Shown here piece after piece: positions 58,811-64,000 of a DNA stretch of 64,000 bases (the first letter of the stretch is position 1; each line of letters begins with the position of its first letter). Where the stretch lies: contig CAWDSK010000001.1 in the NCBI GenBank assembly GCA_963804995.1, forward strand, positions 384,001 through 448,000. The letters run 5' to 3'. Below the pieces are notes generated by a model. It was not told the origin of the DNA. It saw only the letters and a list, made by a program, of their open reading frames with translations, and ran no database searches. The position numbers and the translations under genes were made by a program. Source of the DNA: an uncultured Acidobacteriota bacterium (lineage in GTDB: Bacteria > Acidobacteriota > Terriglobia > UBA7540).

Positions 58811-59944
58811 ATGAATATTAGTCGGCGTGGATGCATGAAGGTGATCGGTGGAGGGCTGGCAGCCGGGATGGTAGCTGGGAGCGCCAAGGGGCTGGCTCTC
58901 GCCGCGCAATCGCAGTCAAAAATCGAAGCCAGTAAGCTTGCCATGCCGGGGCTTTACCCAGGGCGAGTTTGCGCCATTCAGAATCCCGGGGCGATCCTGG
59001 GCGGCCAGTACCAGGCTGAGGCGGTTCGCGGCATGATGCAACGGGGAATGATGGAATTGACCGGGGCGGACGGGTGGGTTGACGCCTGGCGCCACTTCTT
59101 TGAGCCGGGGGACGTGGTAGGGATCAAGCTCAACCCGGTGGGCCAGCCGCTCGTCAAGTCGGATGCGACCGTGGTGCGCGAGATCATTGCGGGCCTGGAA
59201 GCGGCAGGGGTGCGGCGGCGGGACATCGTCGCCTACGACCGTTACCGCGACCAGTTCTATGAAGCCGGATATGACAAGTGGCTGCCGGAGGGCGTCCGGG
59301 TCTCCTGCGCCACCAAAGACGTCGACGACACCCAGCAGAAGATCGAAGGCTATGATCCGGACCACTACATGGACATGGCGCTGACCCTGCCGGGCTATGG
59401 TCTTGACAACCTTACGGCGCGCCGTTCCTACGCGGCAGTCTTCATCACGCGCGAGGTCAATAAGCTCGTCAACGTTCCGGTGCTGAAGGATCACCAGTCG
59501 GCAGGAGTCACGCTGGCGCTGAAGAACCTGTCACACGGCCTGGTCAACAACGTCAACCGCAGCCATTCCAGTCCCAGCCTGAATGCCTGCAACGCTTTCA
59601 TCCCCGCCGCCGTGTCCATTCCCATCATCCGCAACAAGGTCGTGCTGAATATCCTGGATGGGGTCAAGGGCCTTTACCACGGCGGGCCCAGCGGGCAACC
59701 GCAATTCGTCTGGGAGCACCAGACCCTCTACTTCTCGACCGACCCGGTGGCGCTTGACCACATTGGCTGGGAAGTGATCGACGCTAAACGCCTCTCCGTG
59801 GGGATGAAGAAACTGGTTGAAGATACCCCCGACCAATTCAGCACCTTCGTCCACCGCCAACCCGAGCACATCGAAATCGCCGGGGCACTGGGCCTGGGCG
59901 TGTGGGACCGGAAGAAAATCGACTTCCGGCAAGTTAAATTGTAG
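58811..59944 (+). CDS. Tat-exported DUF362 family protein
   Basis: ISRRGCMK signal; VGIKLN, NVPVLKDH, GVTLALKNL, DPVALD. Confidence 0.85.
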   Translation: MNISRRGCMKVIGGGLAAGMVAGSAKGLALAAQSQSKIEASKLAMPGLYPGRVCAIQNPGAILGGQYQAEAVRGMMQRGMMELTGADGWVDAWRHFFEPGDVVGIKLNPVGQPLVKSDATVVREIIAGLEAAGVRRRDIVAYDRYRDQFYEAGYDKWLPEGVRVSCATKDVDDTQQKIEGYDPDHYMDMALTLPGYGLDNLTARRSYAAVFITREVNKLVNVPVLKDHQSAGVTLALKNLSHGLVNNVNRSHSSPSLNACNAFIPAAVSIPIIRNKVVLNILDGVKGLYHGGPSGQPQFVWEHQTLYFSTDPVALDHIGWEVIDAKRLSVGMKKLVEDTPDQFSTFVHRQPEHIEIAGALGLGVWDRKKIDFRQVKL

Positions 59945-60671
59945 CGGGCTCTGGCAACTCAATCTGCATGGTCAGATTCATGAGCGGCGTGACTTCGCGG
60001 AAGACGGCGAGCATCGATTCCACCAGGTCGATGCCTGTGGCGCTGCGGACTTCCTCCTCCGTCATGGGGTAGAAGAGCTGAAAGCCCGCCCAATGATTCC
60101 CGGGGGCGGCGTCAAGCAGGCGGCGCAATTTCGTAACTCCGGGAAGATTCTCCTTCGTAAACTGCGACATTTCCGTTTCCCAACTGCCGGCGTAAAGGCC
60201 GAAGCCTTCGCGCAAAACCAGCCGGCGCAGTTCCCGCTCGATGGGTGTCCCGGGCCGCAGCCCCTTCATCAGCCGATGCCAATCCCAATCCTCCTTCAGT
60301 TGGCATTCGCGGAACGAACGGGGCGCCTTTACGTAGCCACGCTCAATCTGTAATCCGCACTTGAAGAGCTTCTCCTCCACCGAAATGAAGAACTTGGCGC
60401 AGCCGAAACTGACGTGTGAAGAAAGCGGTTTGGCCTCGCGATTGGCGCGCGGCAGGAAGGCAATCCACTGCCAGAAGACGCCGCGGCCCCAACGCTCCGT
60501 GACGAAACCTTGCTGGTAACGAGCTTCGAGCGCGAGTTTCAGGATGCGCGTAATGCGCTCGTTTTCCTCGAGATTGCCCACGTGAATGCCGCGGCGGAAA
60601 TCCAGGAATTCCGGCCGGAATCCGATGGCCACGGTGGGCAACGGCAAGTTAGCAGGAAGTTTTGGAGCCAT
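59934..60671 (-). CDS. Conserved-looking hypothetical protein
   Basis: Long ORF with host-like codon usage; ATG at 60671 preceded by GGAG; no motif recognised. Confidence 0.7.
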   Translation of the reverse strand: MAPKLPANLPLPTVAIGFRPEFLDFRRGIHVGNLEENERITRILKLALEARYQQGFVTERWGRGVFWQWIAFLPRANREAKPLSSHVSFGCAKFFISVEEKLFKCGLQIERGYVKAPRSFRECQLKEDWDWHRLMKGLRPGTPIERELRRLVLREGFGLYAGSWETEMSQFTKENLPGVTKLRRLLDAAPGNHWAGFQLFYPMTEEEVRSATGIDLVESMLAVFREVTPLMNLTMQIELPEPATI

Positions 60672-61310
60672 AGGTTTTCTCCGGGAGGCCGCAATCTGTG
60701 CCACCGGTGGCTCAAGCCTACGCCTTGAAACTTCCGAGGTCAACCTCAGCTCCTTCACTCCGGTGCCTATAGGCAGCGGGTCAGTTTGCTGGCGCCGCGA
60801 GTTTGCCTTAGGGCTGTCCAAATTAGCGGGACACGCTGGCATTTGATGGGCTTCGCCCCCTGCTGTGCGGAAGGGCTCTGCCCTTCCCTGGGGTTTCTAC
60901 ATTTTGTATGCGAACTCCCCCCGCGCCAGGCCCCCGATTCCCGCAGGGCGACAGAAGAGCGGTTTGGCGACTATACGTCAAAGTGAGCACTCGGATTGTT
61001 TCCGAGTGGCCGACCATACGCGCGGAACCACCGTGCGCCACATCCGAGCATATCGCGGACGGCCATGTGAACGGGCGGCTGCCCTGGGCCTATGCTAGGC
61101 CTAGGCAGCATTCTCGGTGCGGGTAAGGATGGAGCCCAAGAAGTCGGGCATTCTTGGGATGTTCCGTAGGTCCCGGTTCAATCTTCGCGCCAGATCGAAG
61201 GCGCCACGTCTCGAAATCAGCCGAAATTCCGGCACGCCATTACCAATAACACCGGCAACCTCAACCAATATTCCTTCGCGGTTTTGGCGGGAGCGGCATT
61301 TCGATCTGAA

Positions 61311-61547
61311 TCAAACAGGATGCGCAAAGCGGTGACTCTGGGCGTAAGTTAAAATCGCCTCGACTCGTTCGGGCGGGATTTCAAACTGTTCGGCGATTTC
61401 AGCGGCGCTGACCCCATAATCGAAGTTGTTGACAATGGCGTCGACCGGCATCCGCGTGCCGCGCAGCACAGGGGCGCCGCTTTGCACTCCCGGCTTCACC
61501 TTGACGAGAGGGCAGTCCGACCAATCAATTTTTTCCATGGCCGCCAT
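61311..61547 (-). CDS. DUF433 protein (antitoxin-type)
   Basis: PGVQSGAPVLRGTRMPV...EIAEQF. Confidence 0.88.
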   Translation of the reverse strand: MAAMEKIDWSDCPLVKVKPGVQSGAPVLRGTRMPVDAIVNNFDYGVSAAEIAEQFEIPPERVEAILTYAQSHRFAHPV

Positions 61548-61565
61548 AGCGACCTCCCAATCGAC

Positions 61566-61763
61566 TCATTCCGCTTGCAGACGCGCGGATTCCGCTTGCA
61601 ATTCTTCGGAAGAAACCTCGACCACTTTGCCTTCACGCCAGATATAAATTGGCAGGCCTTGGCGCGCATGCTCAACAATCACTTCCTCAACGGCGGCTTT
61701 GAACGCCAACTCAGCCCGTTGTTCCAATGGCAATTCGAGAACGTTTGCAGGTGGTTTTGTCAT
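61566..61763 (-). CDS. Small partner protein of the zeta-like ATPase
   Basis: AVEEVIVEHARQGLPIYIWREGKVVEV; start overlaps the ATPase stop. Confidence 0.75.
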   Translation of the reverse strand: MTKPPANVLELPLEQRAELAFKAAVEEVIVEHARQGLPIYIWREGKVVEVSSEELQAESARLQAE

Positions 61764-62338
61764 TATCCCCCGTAGCGATCAATCAGCGTCTCATAAACCT
61801 CTCGTTTCATTATACGGGACTTACCCTCTTTCTCAAAGGCAATGACGGCCGGCGTCCCGCCGGAATTGTCAAATATGATCCACGAATCTCCAAGCTGGCG
61901 ATAGTCGGCAAAGAAGTTGCGTAGGGAGCGGCCAAAGCGCCGACGAACCGTAGACTCGGGAATATCGTGACCGCCTTCCAAGACTCGTCCTCTGATTCTC
62001 GTCAGGGCAAGATCAACGGTCGGCACCATCACATAGAAGAAATGCACCTGGTATCCGCGCTTCTTGAGACGGCGAATCAGGCCGAGATAACTCCGGCCTG
62101 CAAGCGTCGTCTCGAAACCCAAATCCTCGCCACGCTTCACGTAGCGATCGATTTCATCCAGCATCAGGCGTCCAGCGCGCCAAGCAACCGCTTCCGGTGA
62201 AAAAGGCGCTACCCCTTTTGCAATCAAATCGGCGTTGATGAAATTCTTACAATCGGCATAGGTCGGCAAGAATTTCGTTGCAAAAGTCGTTTTACCTGCA
62301 CCGTTTGGTCCGGCAATGATGTAGAGATTGGGGCTCAT
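61763..62338 (-). CDS. Zeta-toxin-like P-loop kinase/ATPase (COG4185)
   Basis: IIAGPNGAGKTT, FINADLIA, FETTL, RVLEGGHDIP, FDNS. Confidence 0.9.
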   Translation of the reverse strand: MSPNLYIIAGPNGAGKTTFATKFLPTYADCKNFINADLIAKGVAPFSPEAVAWRAGRLMLDEIDRYVKRGEDLGFETTLAGRSYLGLIRRLKKRGYQVHFFYVMVPTVDLALTRIRGRVLEGGHDIPESTVRRRFGRSLRNFFADYRQLGDSWIIFDNSGGTPAVIAFEKEGKSRIMKREVYETLIDRYGG

Positions 62339-62520
62339 AAGTATCGAAGAGCGGTCATCGTCGGATATTATCTCACAGTGTTACGACGTTTCTCGTCACG
62401 AACATGAAGTGAAAAGCCGCACAGGTATCCGTCGGTTTACAGATACCTGTGGCTAACCGCTACCTGGCAGGGTGGCGTATTGCGGGATTAAAAATTTAGC
62501 GAGAGCATCGAGAGAATGCA

Positions 62521-62955
62521 TCAAGAGCGCAACTGCTTGATCAAAGCGGTGTCGTCCATCACAGCAATTCCGAGCTTATGAAGGAACACCGAAGCGGGCG
62601 GTTGGAAGAAATCCTGATCCGTTGTGCAAATCACGTCCGCTTCGCCGATAACGGCTGTTTGCAAAACGATCAGGTCGTTTACGTCGCGGATGGGCGCTGT
62701 AAACACCGGGTTAAGCGGAATTATCTCGGCAGTCTCCCGCAGGAATTCGACGAAATCGTATATCTGCGTTTCCGGCAACCTGTGGATGGCCATCACACGC
62801 GGGTAGCGCAACACCTTGGCAAGTTCATGAAGCATTTCATTCGAGAGGATTAACGGATGTTTGGCGGTGATGATGGCGAGTAACAGATGACGAGCCAGCC
62901 CATGAGGGCTTGCGCCTGCCCGAACGAGGATCGTGGTATCGAGAACAACTCTCAC
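62521..62955 (-). CDS. PIN family putative toxin
   Basis: MRVVLDTTILV, ELAKVLRYP, RDVND, ICTTDQD. Confidence 0.88.
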   Translation of the reverse strand: MRVVLDTTILVRAGASPHGLARHLLLAIITAKHPLILSNEMLHELAKVLRYPRVMAIHRLPETQIYDFVEFLRETAEIIPLNPVFTAPIRDVNDLIVLQTAVIGEADVICTTDQDFFQPPASVFLHKLGIAVMDDTALIKQLRS

Positions 62956-63224
62956 TGGTGGGGAGCGTAATGCGGCCGCGTACTACGCATGGCCTCAGTA
63001 ATGGCCTGTTCCGCTTCTTGGGCGGAAACCGATCTGCTGTTAGCATCTACTTGCGCAAAATAAGACTTAAGCGAATCGACGATTTCCTGCCGCCGTTGGT
63101 CGGAGAGGACCGGGGGCTCGAATGCACGTACACTCACGGCCTCGCCTTCAAGTATTTGGCGTCCGAGCAGGCTCTCAACAGCAGCCTTCTGGTCGGGGGA
63201 GAGATCCTTTGCCTTGTGTATCAT
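62952..63224 (-). CDS. Putative antitoxin
   Basis: 90-aa ORF whose stop overlaps the PIN start. Confidence 0.7.
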   Translation of the reverse strand: MIHKAKDLSPDQKAAVESLLGRQILEGEAVSVRAFEPPVLSDQRRQEIVDSLKSYFAQVDANSRSVSAQEAEQAITEAMRSTRPHYAPHQ

Positions 63225-63527
63225 AGATTTCGCCTTACTGCTGTACGCTCACCCTAAGCTTACGATTTTAGCGCGCCATTGTCACGCGCTATCCTTGCAA
63301 AAACATCCAAAGTGACCTCCCCATAACCGGAATCGCAGAACTTCGTTCTGCGCCAGCGCAGATTTGGGCGTAGTTTGCCCTACTCTGCTCCCAGTAATCC
63401 TCAAAGGGGCAGGGGGTAGCCGAACATAAAGGACGTTATGTGTGGCTATGGTCGGAAGGGTTGCTGCATACTTGACTTCCGGGGGTGGGAATTAGTATAC
63501 TGGGGATGCTAATTTACCATCGGGGGA

Positions 63528-63842
63528 TTGAAAATGACTAACACCAGGAAGCGCAAAACTCCGGCTGAAGTGGCAAACATTCTCGCAAAGATTTACGGAA
63601 AGGAGTTTGGTGGGAAGGATCGAGGTCGGTTCCAAATTTCGCGGGAAGGTCTGCGCGAGATTTCCGGGAAGAAGCGGCTAGAGGACCCTATAATAGCGGA
63701 AACAATCAATGAAAGTTACGAGCGCGGTTTCGTAGTGACTGATCTCGGCGAGGATTTCTCCGTGATCGAGGAGAGCGTCATGCGAAATTATCGGAAGGTT
63801 CCGAAGCAAATAATTGGCGAGTTCAGTCCAAAAGGCCGTTAG
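63528..63842 (+). CDS. Hypothetical protein bracketed by 25-bp direct repeats
   Basis: Open frame with AT-richer codons; TTGGGCGTAGTTTGCCCTACTCTGC at 63364-63388 and 63858-63882; TTGACT...TATACT promoter-like boxes at 63473-63501. Confidence 0.65.
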   Translation: MKMTNTRKRKTPAEVANILAKIYGKEFGGKDRGRFQISREGLREISGKKRLEDPIIAETINESYERGFVVTDLGEDFSVIEESVMRNYRKVPKQIIGEFSPKGR

Positions 63843-64000
63843 CCGGAAAGCGCAGTGTTGGGCGTAGTTTGCCCTACTCTGCGGTACGTAAATTGGCAAT
63901 ACCAATGTGCGAATTTTGTGAATGGATGAGAGCCGCAGAGTAGTTCCAAAAAACGGAACAACTCTGCGCTACCGCTACCCGCTCCGGAAGGTCTTCGGGG

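Overview
GC-rich bacterial window whose gene style (Tat-exported enzymes, Oar-like TonB receptor, MacB-type permease pair, many REP and heptamer repeats) suggests Acidobacteriota; that taxonomy is inference. Core-like stretches hold amtB, a four-gene phosphorelay/diguanylate cyclase cluster (its largest kinase is broken by an in-frame TGA and a frameshift), mscL, an OmpA-domain protein, GH35, CYTH, nfi, msrA, RraA, DUF1080, a 2H phosphoesterase, an ADP-forming acyl-CoA ligase, ABC export genes, an enolase-family protein and argF. Three accessory zones stand out. (1) 23.3-28.8 kb: an array of TA and nuclease genes separated by co-oriented ~145-bp elements that look like REP-flanked remnants of a RAYT transposase 3' end. 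(2) 44.8-56.3 kb: an island built on shredded, partly duplicated phosphorothioation genes (dndA-like, dndC). It carries the best candidate system in the window, an atypical Pycsar-like locus: a tandem pseudo-heterodimeric class III cyclase coupled to an E2-like/SEC-C protein, divergent from an HTH-metallopeptidase, PIN and PycTM-like effector operon, next to an SBD-HNH nuclease. (3) 61.3-64 kb: a TA cluster. An IS1634-family element with a CTAG duplication cleanly interrupts the TonB receptor. All family calls come from motif recognition by eye; no database searches were run.
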